Part shown: positions 28,281 to 36,838 of the stretch, in pieces | How the letters are laid out: every line of letters starts with the position of its first letter | Position numbering within the stretch: the stretch's first letter is position 1 | Source of the DNA: Anaerolineae bacterium | GTDB taxonomy: Bacteria; Chloroflexota; Anaerolineae; CG2-30-64-16 | Assembly (NCBI GenBank): GCA_034434335.1 | Contig: DAOTZS010000133.1 | Span: 1-45,064 of the forward strand | Direction of reading: 5' to 3' | DNA: 45,064 nt | The notes under the pieces: model-generated | What the model was told of the DNA's origin: nothing | What the model saw: the letters and a program-made list of their open reading frames with translations, nothing else | Database searches by the model: none | Made by a program: the position numbers and the translations under genes

Positions 28281-30104
28281 ATGGAGCATAATAGTGATCC
28301 GTCTGCATCGCGCAGGGGTGTTTACCAGTGGTCGCTTCCAGAGCAATCCAGTGGCGCCAGCGCGGCCCAGGTCTACCCTGCCACCCCGCGCACGACAGCG
28401 CAGGTGCGCTTTGCCGATGGCCGTGTGTATGAGGGCCCGGTCTGGACACCGCTGATGGCCTATGTGGAGGCCGCCGGCCGGGATAAGCCGTGGCGCTTCC
28501 CCATCGTTGCGGCGCTGATCAACCACGAGTTACGCGAGCTAACCTACCACATTGACCGGGATGTGGATGTCGTCCCTTTGGGCATGGACGACCGCGATGG
28601 CAGTCGCATCTACCGGCGCTCGTTGACCTTCTTGCTGGTGGTGGCTGTGCATGAGCTTTTTCCAGAGGCCCGGCTCCACGTTGATCACTCGGTGACCTTC
28701 GGCGGGTACTACTGTGAAGTAGAGGGCCGGCCACCGTTTAGCCCGCAAGAGCTGGCCCAAATCGAGGCTCACATGCGGGAGATCGTGGCCGCCGACGTGC
28801 CGATCAGCAAGCAACGGGTACCGCTGGCCGACGCTATTGCCCTCTTTGAGGAGCGCGGTGAATACGATAAGGTGCGTCTGCTCCAGCATCGCAGTAAAGA
28901 GTACCTGGTGTTGTACGAGTTGCGTGGGTTCAGCAGCTACTTCCACGGCTATATGGTGCCCTCTACAGGCTACCTGCGCTATTTCGCGCTCCACCACTAC
29001 CCGCCGGGCTTTATCCTGCGCTTTCCCCCTCGCTATAGCCTGGAACTGGAGCCGGTGGTAGAGTATCCCAAGCTGATCCACGTCTTCCGCGAGTATGGCC
29101 AGACCCTCCGTCTTCTGGGCATCGAAGATGTAGGATCTCTGAACGAGGCCATCCGGGCCGGCCGCACTAACGAGATCATCCTGGTGGCCGAGGCGTTGCA
29201 CGAGCAGCGCATCGCTCAGATTGCCACCCAGATCACCGAAAGGCGCCATGAGGTGGGACTGGTGCTGATCGCTGGCCCCTCCTCTTCGGGCAAGACCACC
29301 TTCTCCAAACGTCTGGCTGTCCAGCTCCTGGCCAACGGCATCCGGCCTGTGGCCATTGAAATGGATAACTACTTTATTGACAGGGAGCTCACCCCGCGCG
29401 ATGCCGACGGCAACTACAACTTCGAAGTCTTGGAGGCTTTGGACCTGAAGCTCTTCAACCAGCAACTGCTGCAACTCATGGCCGGCAAGGAGGTGCAACT
29501 CCCCCGTTTCAACTTTATCAGTGGCAGGCGCGAGCCAGGCGCCACCATCCAGTTGGGCCCCGATCACATCCTGCTCGTGGAAGGGATTCACGGCCTTAAC
29601 CCCCGCCTGGTGCCTGATATCCCGCCAGAGCGCATCTACCGCATCTACCTCTCGGCCCTGACGCAGCTCAACATAGACCGTTACAACCGTATCTCCACCA
29701 CCGATACCCGCCTGATCCGCCGCATCGTGCGCGATGCGCGCACCCGTGGCTACCAGGCTGCCGAGACCATTGAACGCTGGGAGAGCGTCCATCGGGGTGA
29801 GCGCGAGCTGATCTTTCCGTACCAGGAGAATGCGGATGTGATGTTCAACTCGGCACTGGTGTATGAGCTTTCGGCGCTCAAGACGCTGGCCGAGCCGTTG
29901 CTGCTGCAGGTCGAGCCCGGCAAGCCCGGCTATGTGGAGGCCAAACGGCTCCTGGCTTTCCTCCAGTGGTTCGAGCCAATACCCATTGACCCCATCCCCG
30001 ACAATTCGATCCTGCGCGAGTTTGTGGGGGGCAGCAACCTGGAACACTTCGAGCCCTGGCTCAGGCATCAGGCATCGGGCGAGGAGGAAAGGAGTCGGCG
30101 TTGA
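28281..30104 (+). CDS. TGS/ThrRS-N-terminal-like domains fused to a uridine-kinase/PRK-like kinase
   Basis: N-terminal TGS-like beta-grasp (VRFADGRVYEG) and a ThrRS second-additional-domain-like region. P-loop AGPSSSGKTTF. Kinase plus C-terminal extension clearly paralogous to 19884..21224 (shared ...REF[VI]GGS end). Confidence 0.85.
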   Translation: MEHNSDPSASRRGVYQWSLPEQSSGASAAQVYPATPRTTAQVRFADGRVYEGPVWTPLMAYVEAAGRDKPWRFPIVAALINHELRELTYHIDRDVDVVPLGMDDRDGSRIYRRSLTFLLVVAVHELFPEARLHVDHSVTFGGYYCEVEGRPPFSPQELAQIEAHMREIVAADVPISKQRVPLADAIALFEERGEYDKVRLLQHRSKEYLVLYELRGFSSYFHGYMVPSTGYLRYFALHHYPPGFILRFPPRYSLELEPVVEYPKLIHVFREYGQTLRLLGIEDVGSLNEAIRAGRTNEIILVAEALHEQRIAQIATQITERRHEVGLVLIAGPSSSGKTTFSKRLAVQLLANGIRPVAIEMDNYFIDRELTPRDADGNYNFEVLEALDLKLFNQQLLQLMAGKEVQLPRFNFISGRREPGATIQLGPDHILLVEGIHGLNPRLVPDIPPERIYRIYLSALTQLNIDRYNRISTTDTRLIRRIVRDARTRGYQAAETIERWESVHRGERELIFPYQENADVMFNSALVYELSALKTLAEPLLLQVEPGKPGYVEAKRLLAFLQWFEPIPIDPIPDNSILREFVGGSNLEHFEPWLRHQASGEEERSRR

Positions 30105-30135
30105 GGCACATTGAGGGCGTGGACAGCACTGCTGT

Positions 30136-30159
30136 ATAAGCCCGGTGGGGGGCTTATTT
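30136..30159 (+). terminator. Weak hairpin after the TGS-kinase gene
   Basis: ATAAGCCC-GGTGGG-GGGCTTAT followed by TTTG. Confidence 0.3.
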
Positions 30160-30186
30160 GGCCAGTTGGCGTAATACTGGTATACT
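30158..30186 (+). promoter_or_regulatory. Promoter of the 540-aa/160-aa gene pair
   Basis: TTGGCC-17 nt-TGG-TATACT. This places the TSS near 30193 and excludes the TTG 30193 start. Confidence 0.55.
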
Positions 30187-30216
30187 TATTGATTGGTTCA
30201 TTATTCTCGCTACAGG

Positions 30217-31815
30217 ATGGCAGGAGATTGGTTCGTGATCCAACGTAAGACCCAGACCCCTGAGTATTGGCAGGAGTTCCGCCTGACTCAGGATGATATG
30301 GTGTTCATCCACGACCTGTTATTGGAGGCAGAACACCCTCTAGCAACTCAAGAACTGGCCGTAGCCCTCGTAGGCGAACGGTGCCGACGCGAAGAGGCCG
30401 AGTTGCGAGCCGAGCTGGCACAGGGCAAGCTCTATCAGCCCAGAAACCGTTATGCCGTCGGCGACAAACTGATCTTCCCCGCCCTGGACTTCCGCCTGGG
30501 CCAGGTGGTGAGCATCCGCCCGGGGCGCAATCCCGAATACGACCCCTTTGATGTAATTACGGTAGACTTCGGCCCCGGCCAGCATCAGCGCAGCTTCGCA
30601 GCCGGGCTGGAAGCCCCTCATAAACTCAATGCCGAGGTTACCGACCTGCTGGGACCTTACGATGTGGCGTCACCAGAAAAGCTGCTCCAAACGGTGGCCA
30701 GCCACGTGCCTGAAGTCTTGCGGGCCCAGTTGGCCCAGTGGGACGAGGTTGTCTCCTTCGAGGACCGCTGGATGCTGCGCGGCATGCTGGCCGATATCCA
30801 TATCGGCCACCTCAATATCGCCGAGGCCCTGATTGAGATGCGCGGCGCGCCGGTGGACACGGGGGCTTTGCTCAAGGAGCTTGACCTGCCTGCGGAGATC
30901 AACCCCGATATCTTGACGTTTTCTATACATGCCGCCCTGGCCAGAGATGACCGCTTTGACCAGGTGGGCCCTGATCGCACTCATCGCTGGTTCCTGCGCC
31001 GCCTGGAACCTCCAGAGGCCCTGGAGATACCGGTGGCCTTGCGCTATCAACCCATCTCCTACGAGCGCGATGCATTGCCGGTGGAGCTGCTCCAGCTCGA
31101 GTGGGAGCTTGACGATGAGTGGACAGAGGCCATGCAAGGGGAGGTCGACACGCTGCGGGCGACCATTCCCTCCGTCACCCTCACCCTGACCTACCCTCAC
31201 AGGGTTTCTGGCACCTTGCCCCTTAATCATCGGGCGCGAGCTTTCTTCCCCACAGGTTCTGGGGAGCGCACCATGGTGCAGTTGGTGGACGGACGCTGGG
31301 GTCAGCAGTTCTTGGGGTGGGTTGTCCGAGAAGGCCGCTATGTGGCGGGCTTGCGCTCCTGGTTCGACCAGCACAAGCTGCCGGCCGGTGCCTATATCAC
31401 CCTGACGCGCCAGGAAGGGTCGAATGCGATCGTGGTAGATTTTCGCCCTCGCCGGATGCGCCGGGAATGGGCACGCTGGGGCCAGGTGGTTGGCTCCCGG
31501 CTCGACATCCAGTTGCGCAAGCAAGAGGTGGCCTGCGAATACGATGAGCAGATGATCATCAGCACCGATCAACTGAATGAAATCTTTCAGTTGCGGAGCG
31601 CGCCACCCTACGCCGAGATGCCATTGGCCGACCTGGTCTACGAGCTTTTTGTGGACCTGGCGGGCCTGAGCCAGGGGGGCCAGGTTCATGCCAAAACGAT
31701 ATACAGCACCGTTAACGTCCTGCGCCGCTGCCCTCCGGGGCCGATCTTCGCTGTCCTGGCGACGGATCCTCGCTTCCAGAGCGTAGGGCAAGGATTCTAT
31801 CGGCTGGCCGAATGA
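30217..31815 (+). CDS. Hypothetical protein with possible repeated HARE-HTH/winged-helix-like modules
   Basis: Coding-like composition; own promoter at 30158-30186. The C-terminus ...IYSTVNVLRRCPPGPIFAVLATDPRFQSVGQGFYRLAE and internal ...AALARDDRFDQVGPDRTHRWFL resemble the HARE-HTH ending pattern (recall only). Start is ATG 30217 or GTG 30235 (AGGAG RBS). Confidence 0.6.
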   Translation: MAGDWFVIQRKTQTPEYWQEFRLTQDDMVFIHDLLLEAEHPLATQELAVALVGERCRREEAELRAELAQGKLYQPRNRYAVGDKLIFPALDFRLGQVVSIRPGRNPEYDPFDVITVDFGPGQHQRSFAAGLEAPHKLNAEVTDLLGPYDVASPEKLLQTVASHVPEVLRAQLAQWDEVVSFEDRWMLRGMLADIHIGHLNIAEALIEMRGAPVDTGALLKELDLPAEINPDILTFSIHAALARDDRFDQVGPDRTHRWFLRRLEPPEALEIPVALRYQPISYERDALPVELLQLEWELDDEWTEAMQGEVDTLRATIPSVTLTLTYPHRVSGTLPLNHRARAFFPTGSGERTMVQLVDGRWGQQFLGWVVREGRYVAGLRSWFDQHKLPAGAYITLTRQEGSNAIVVDFRPRRMRREWARWGQVVGSRLDIQLRKQEVACEYDEQMIISTDQLNEIFQLRSAPPYAEMPLADLVYELFVDLAGLSQGGQVHAKTIYSTVNVLRRCPPGPIFAVLATDPRFQSVGQGFYRLAE

Positions 31816-32294
31816 CCGCACACCAGATGTTTACCCAAGTACTTATCAGACGTGGGAATTGGACTATGCCTGTCTGGAAACGACCGACTCTGGACACGAA
31901 GTTCCACATAGATTATGACTGGTGGGAAGAGAACGGCAAAGATATCCGGGTAACCATTCGCAGCCAGTTATGTCCGGACTGCCAGGCCCGCTTTCCTGAT
32001 CATCGGAATACCGAGGCCGTGGATTGGGTGGACCCGGATACGGCTGAAGTTGTGCGTGGGGATGCACTGCTCCAGTGCCTGCGCAGTGAATGTTCGCAAA
32101 AGCCTGGGTTCATCTCCCAGAATAACCCGTTAGTTACCAATATCTTTCGGCTTTTTCTCCTGAACGGCAATCAGCCCCTGAGCCCCCGCGAGTTGCACAA
32201 CCAGATCACCTGGGCAGACCCCCAAACCATCCTGCGCACTCTGAGCGGTGGCCAGGTCTACCTGGGGATTCGCCCTGTAGTGGAGAGGGATTGA
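31812..32294 (+). CDS. Hypothetical protein with a 4-Cys (CPDC...C....C) motif, translationally coupled to the upstream gene
   Basis: ATGA start/stop overlap with 30217..31815. CxxC plus CLRSEC suggests a possible Zn ribbon. No family recognised. Confidence 0.55.
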   Translation: MTAHQMFTQVLIRRGNWTMPVWKRPTLDTKFHIDYDWWEENGKDIRVTIRSQLCPDCQARFPDHRNTEAVDWVDPDTAEVVRGDALLQCLRSECSQKPGFISQNNPLVTNIFRLFLLNGNQPLSPRELHNQITWADPQTILRTLSGGQVYLGIRPVVERD

Positions 32295-32387
32295 CGACGC
32301 TGTGCGGCACGAGCCTGGAGGCACTCTGGTGGTGCTCCCAGGGGTACGGGAACCGCAGATAGCTCCCCGATCTGTGGTGGTGCTACG

Positions 32388-33218
32388 ATGAGCGAATCCA
32401 CCGCGGAGATCCTGGCCATTGGCAGCGAGATCCTGGCCGGGGATGTGCTGGATACTAACTCTCACTGGCTCTGCCGGCAGTTGACCGCGCGCGGGCTGCG
32501 CGTGGTGCGCATTACGGCCCTACCGGATGATCCTGACGTGATCAGTGAGGCTCTGCGGGCCGCACTGCGCCGGGGCCCTTCCCTGATCATCACGTGTGGC
32601 GGCCTGGGGCCCACAGCGGACGATCTCACCCTGGCTGCCGTGGCGGCCGCCCTGGGCCGGCCGCTGAGCAAGGACCCTGCCGCGTGGGAGATGGTGCGGG
32701 GTTTCTACGCCCGTCTGTACGCCCGGGGAAAGGTTGCCACACCCGAGATGACAGCCGCGCGGGGCAAGATGGCCATCCTGCCCGAAGGCAGTGTGCCGCT
32801 GGCCAATGTGGTCGGTGCCGCCCCTGGTGTCCTGTTGGAGGAAGGGGGAACCACTATTGCCTGCCTCCCTGGCGTGCCGGCCGAGATGAAATGGATCTTC
32901 GAGCACTCCCTCTGGCCGCGGGTGGCGGCCCGGCTGGCAGCCCAGGTTTACGTAGAACGGATTATCCCTACGGACTGCCACGACGAATCGGTCATGGCAC
33001 CCGCGGTGGACCTGGTCGCCAGCCGCCACCCGGCTGTTTACGTCAAGTCTAGGGCCCAGGTGTATGGCGGGGAGGCCACCGATTTCGTCACCCTGGCCGC
33101 GCGCGCTGCGAGTGCGGCCCAGGCCGCAGCTCTGCTGGACGCAGCCGAAGCCGATCTGCGCCAGGTCCTGGCCGGGGTAGGCGTCCACACTGAACCTGCC
33201 CAGGAATCTATAGCCTGA
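32388..33218 (+). CDS. CinA-like molybdopterin-binding (MoCF_biosynth) protein lacking a PncC domain
   Basis: AEILAIGSEILAGDVLDTNSHWL...IITCGGLGPTADDLT is the CinA N-terminal domain pattern. Confidence 0.85.
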   Translation: MSESTAEILAIGSEILAGDVLDTNSHWLCRQLTARGLRVVRITALPDDPDVISEALRAALRRGPSLIITCGGLGPTADDLTLAAVAAALGRPLSKDPAAWEMVRGFYARLYARGKVATPEMTAARGKMAILPEGSVPLANVVGAAPGVLLEEGGTTIACLPGVPAEMKWIFEHSLWPRVAARLAAQVYVERIIPTDCHDESVMAPAVDLVASRHPAVYVKSRAQVYGGEATDFVTLAARAASAAQAAALLDAAEADLRQVLAGVGVHTEPAQESIA

Positions 33219-33224
33219 GACTTC

Positions 33225-34454
33225 CTACCTGCGCCGATACCACCACCATGCCCCCGCGCCGGCCAGGCCGGCTGCTGCTGCCGCGCCCAGCCCGATCGCC
33301 AGGCCGCGTCCTGCCGCGGAGGGAGGCTGGCCGGCGGCGGCAGCGGTTACAGCCTCCGCGGGGGCCGCGCTCGTGGGGGTTAGCGCGGCTTCGGCCGGCC
33401 GCGTTGCCGTCGGGGCCGCGGCGGCGGTCTCCCGGGCCGCGGCCGTGGCAAGCTCCTCGGGCACGGTGGCCACGGCCGTGGGGGTAAATATGGCTTCGGC
33501 CAGGGGCACTGGCGTTGGAGTGGGGGCCTCAGTTTCTCCGGCTGCTGTAGCCGTGGGGGTGAGGACCAGCTCCGCCAGCGGTGTTGCCTTTAGAGCCACT
33601 GCGGCGGTAGCCGTCTGCCTGACCGCTGCAAGGGTAGCAAGTTCCTCAGGCAAAGTGGCTGCGGCCGTGGGGGCGGGCAAGGCCTCGGCCGGGCCGGCCG
33701 CGGTCGGAGCTACTACAGCTGCCGCCTCACCGGCGGGCGTGGCCGTGGCAGCGCTGACGGCCGCTGCCGCGGGTGTGGGAGTTGCCCGCCTGGCGACAGC
33801 GGGGGTGGCGCTTATTACCGGCAGAGGTGTCGCAGGGCCCATAGCAGCCGGGGCCCCGGTCGGGCTGGCCTTGGGCAGGGGGCGAGTTAGCGCTCCTGGG
33901 GTGGGGATGACAATGCGTGGTTGCGGTTCGGGTGTCAGCCCCGGGCCGACGGTCGGCGTCGCCCCGATCGCTGCCGGCATAGCGACTGGCCGCGGCGCGG
34001 GGATCCACAGCCAGCGTCCCGCGTAGAGCCAACGTTTGGCGTGGAGCTGAAGCGGGTTGGCGCGCCACAGGTCGGCCACCGATACCCCTGTGTCCCGGGC
34101 CACGCTGTACCAGCTATCCCCTTCCTTCACCTGGTACCAGTAACCCTCAGGGCAGATCTGATCCAGCTGGGGTGGCATGGATGGCCGCCAGGGGATGAAT
34201 AGCCGGTCACCCACCCACAGCCAGTCATGGGGGTGAACGATGGCAGGGTTCAGGGCCTTCAGTTCGGCCACCGGGATGCCGGTGTACCAACTGATGCTGG
34301 ACCAGCTATCCCCTGGCTGGACTATGTAGTAATAGCCACCCTCAGCCGGGACAACACCCTCCTCGGCCAGGGCCCAGCCCGAAAGCCACAACCAGCCCAC
34401 TATAAGCCCCAATCCCGCCAACAGACGCAGATAGCGAAAAAGAGATATACGCAT
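33225..34454 (-). CDS. LysM-domain protein with a long Ala/Pro/Thr low-complexity region and a C-terminal membrane anchor
   Basis: Two LysM-like segments (YIVQPGDSWSSISWYTGIP, YQVKEGDSWYSVARDTGVS). About 250 aa of A/P/T-rich repeats. C-terminal hydrophobic tail plus WWWYRRR. ATG 34454 follows GGGAGGAG. Confidence 0.8.
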   Translation of the reverse strand: MRISLFRYLRLLAGLGLIVGWLWLSGWALAEEGVVPAEGGYYYIVQPGDSWSSISWYTGIPVAELKALNPAIVHPHDWLWVGDRLFIPWRPSMPPQLDQICPEGYWYQVKEGDSWYSVARDTGVSVADLWRANPLQLHAKRWLYAGRWLWIPAPRPVAMPAAIGATPTVGPGLTPEPQPRIVIPTPGALTRPLPKASPTGAPAAMGPATPLPVISATPAVARRATPTPAAAAVSAATATPAGEAAAVVAPTAAGPAEALPAPTAAATLPEELATLAAVRQTATAAVALKATPLAELVLTPTATAAGETEAPTPTPVPLAEAIFTPTAVATVPEELATAAARETAAAAPTATRPAEAALTPTSAAPAEAVTAAAAGQPPSAAGRGLAIGLGAAAAAGLAGAGAWWWYRRR

Positions 34455-34500
34455 GGGCTCCTCCCAGATCAAAGCCGTAGATACCCTGGTCAGCCGTCCT

Positions 34501-35553
34501 TCATAGCTGGCCGAATTCTTCTACTGCCTCGCAAAAGGCTATCAGGTTCTCCAGAGGTGTAAAGTCCACATCGTAGGCCGGGCAGAGCAGCAATCCTGCC
34601 GGCCCCAATGTCTCGATGCGCAGCCGTACCTCAGCGCGGATCTGATCAGGTGTGCCGCGGTCCCACAGCCAGGCATCCCCGACCGTGCCCCACAAGGCCA
34701 GCCGTTCGCCAAAGGCCCGTTTGATGGCCAGCGCGTCCATGCAGTCGGGCTGGAGGGGGTTGATCACATCCACTCCGATCTCCACTAAGTCGGGCACAAT
34801 GGCGGTGAAATCCCCATCGCTATGATAGAAGACGATCAACTGGGGGTTAACGCCGCGCGCCAGGCGGATGATATCGGCCAGGCGGGGTTTGAAGAATTCC
34901 CGCCAGGTCCGGGGGGCCATGATCAGGCCGGTTGGCATGGCCACGTCATCGTCGAGCAGCAAGATATCTACCCCGGCCTGGGCCAGGATTAGCGCGCTAT
35001 GGATGGCGAGCGCTGTAAGTTGGTCGAGCAGGTAATGGGCCAGTGGTTTGTTGAGCACCAGGTCGGCCAGGAAGTTCTGGAAGCCGCGCAGCCGATAAGC
35101 GCTCTCGAACAGTTCGCCGCCCAGGTGGGGAGGGGAGCCGGCCACAGCCCAACCTTGCGCGTGCCAGCTTTGCACCTGCTCCGCCAGCCCCGCATAGCGA
35201 GAGGGGTCGGTGAGGTCAGGAAAAACATAGCGGGCAATCTCGTCAGCACTTCGCGCGTGGCTGAGAGGCCCTTCTGCTCCGCTTTCGGGGTGGTAGTGCC
35301 ACTCGTGGTAGGTCTGGAGTTGGGCCATGTCTCCCAGGTAGAGGTCCGCGGGCAACCCACGCAGGTAGGCCAGGAAATCCTCTTGTTCGGGCGGTGCGGT
35401 GAAGCTGACAAAGCGCACGTCGAGGCGGAAGTATTCGGCTGTGTCAGCCGGCGCCACGGCGGGGATCGTCTCCTCCCAGAAGGCCAGGGCCTTGGGGATG
35501 CGATCAGGTTTCTGGCATTTCAGGGCGGCGCGGACGCGTTGGCGTGCGTTCAT
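34501..35553 (-). CDS. Uroporphyrinogen decarboxylase (URO-D)/MtaA-like family protein
   Basis: Length and C-terminal pattern (VFYHSDGDFTAIVPDLVEIGVDVINPLQP) typical of the URO-D/methylcobamide methyltransferase fold. Function not assignable. Confidence 0.7.
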   Translation of the reverse strand: MNARQRVRAALKCQKPDRIPKALAFWEETIPAVAPADTAEYFRLDVRFVSFTAPPEQEDFLAYLRGLPADLYLGDMAQLQTYHEWHYHPESGAEGPLSHARSADEIARYVFPDLTDPSRYAGLAEQVQSWHAQGWAVAGSPPHLGGELFESAYRLRGFQNFLADLVLNKPLAHYLLDQLTALAIHSALILAQAGVDILLLDDDVAMPTGLIMAPRTWREFFKPRLADIIRLARGVNPQLIVFYHSDGDFTAIVPDLVEIGVDVINPLQPDCMDALAIKRAFGERLALWGTVGDAWLWDRGTPDQIRAEVRLRIETLGPAGLLLCPAYDVDFTPLENLIAFCEAVEEFGQL

Positions 35554-35577
35554 GGGTGATTCCTTGCCTGGCGGGCT

Positions 35578-36201
35578 TCAATTGCCTGGCAGTCCGGTGG
35601 ATGTGTTCTTCCCCTTGCGCCGTTCCAGGGCGATCGTCGCGTAGCGCGCGTACTCTGTTGCCGGCCAGGTGTCGAGAACGGTGTTGAACTCCAACGTGGC
35701 CTGGGCGTCCAGCCCTTTGCGTTGGTAAGCCACTGCCAGGTTGTAGTGGCAGGCGGCCTCGTGTTTCACCCCCAGGTATCCTTCCCTGGCCCCTGCCAGG
35801 ACCTGCTGGAAGAGCGCGATCGCCTGGTCGAGCCGGCCGCGATGCACCTCCAGCACCCCCTGGTTCAGGTGGACAATGAGGCGGCTGGCCTCATCAGGCC
35901 AGAGGCGCAACGCCAGCCGGTAGACTGCCTCTGCCTGGGCATGGTGACCGCGCCGGGCCAGCAGGTTGCCCAGGTCTACCAGCAAGCGGCCGCGCATGGT
36001 CAGGAGGTAGAGCAGGACCAGGAAAAGGGCTGGGTTGAGCGCCCAGCCGGTCAGCGCGGCCAGGCCGGCTACCAGGGCAGAACAGACCGCGCCCTCGATT
36101 ACCAGGCGGGTCGGCGAGCCTTCGCGGCGCATCAGCGACAGGCCGCCGAACACCAGGACATAGAGCAAGCCGAGCAATAAGAGCAAGGCTGGCGGCGACA
36201 T
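35578..36201 (-). CDS. Membrane-anchored TPR-repeat protein
   Basis: Two or three N-terminal hydrophobic helices followed by TPR-like repeats (AEAVYRLALRLWPDE..., YNLAVAYQRKGLDAQATLEF). Strong promoter 45 nt upstream. Confidence 0.7.
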   Translation of the reverse strand: MSPPALLLLLGLLYVLVFGGLSLMRREGSPTRLVIEGAVCSALVAGLAALTGWALNPALFLVLLYLLTMRGRLLVDLGNLLARRGHHAQAEAVYRLALRLWPDEASRLIVHLNQGVLEVHRGRLDQAIALFQQVLAGAREGYLGVKHEAACHYNLAVAYQRKGLDAQATLEFNTVLDTWPATEYARYATIALERRKGKNTSTGLPGN

Positions 36202-36252
36202 AACTTCCTCCGGTACGGACCAGGCAAATGCACAGGCCGCACACCATGGCCC

Positions 36253-36281
36253 AGTATACCGTCAGCCGGTTCCCTGGTCAA
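36253..36281 (-). promoter_or_regulatory. Promoter of the TPR/URO-D-like/LysM operon
   Basis: Minus strand TTGACC-17 nt-TATACT, 45 nt upstream of the TPR ATG. Confidence 0.6.
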
Positions 36282-36331
36282 CTTGTCCGAAGGGGGTGTT
36301 GCGCCCTTACCCTGTGGGCAACTTTGCGCGT

Positions 36332-36361
36332 TTGACTTACTGTGTAGCCTGGTGCTAGAAT
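36332..36361 (+). promoter_or_regulatory. Promoter facing cstA (leader ~470 nt containing a repeat element)
   Basis: TTGACT-18 nt-TGC-TAGAAT. Divergent from the TPR promoter. Confidence 0.5.
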
Positions 36362-36483
36362 CGTAACGTAAGTTGTATCGGCGATGGTGGGCAGGCATTT
36401 CTTGTCCTGTCCATCTTGACAGCACCCTGTCGAAGGCCGGGCGGGCCTGCCAGCGCACCTTGTAAGCTTCTTGAAGCAACACC

Positions 36484-36701
36484 GTAATTATTCAGGCCGA
36501 TTGAAATCGCCCTCCCTGGGCACCTCGTGCCAGGCCTCGCCCCGAAGGGCTCGGCCCGAGGGGTGTCGGCGGAGGCCGACACCCCTCATGTGTGCATCAC
36601 CAGAGAGCAGCGAAGGCCGACCTCTGGCCGCAGGCCCCAAGAGGGTGACGCCTCGGGCGAGCCCTCGGCGTGGCCCTTCCAGTCACCGCCTGAATAGTTA
36701 C
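36484..36701 (+). mobile_element. MITE-like structured element, copy 2 (218 bp; 25-bp internal insertion relative to copy 1)
   Basis: GTAATTATTCAGGC...GCCTGAATAGTTAC. High identity to copy 1 by eye, with differences concentrated in hairpin loops. Located in the cstA leader. Confidence 0.85.
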
Positions 36702-36838
36702 GCAAACCCTTTGAAGGGAAGGTGCCACGCTATCTTGAAAGGAGGTGGTGTGGGGGAAGCGGATGGGCTGATCGTGTACAACACTTTCTGATTTCGTCTG
36801 TCCACCGTTGTTCTCATTATTCATAAGGAGACGAGAAG

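Noticed and set aside
28539-30068. 509-aa ORF on the minus strand
   Set aside because: Antisense to the TGS/uridine-kinase-like gene, which has a P-loop and a paralog in the window. The antisense translation is low-complexity A/G/L/Q/H-rich.
30670-31821. 383-aa ORF on the minus strand
   Set aside because: Antisense to the 540-aa plus-strand gene. The plus-strand frame has balanced composition, its own promoter and translational coupling to the next gene, whereas the minus frame is R/A/G/H/Q-rich.
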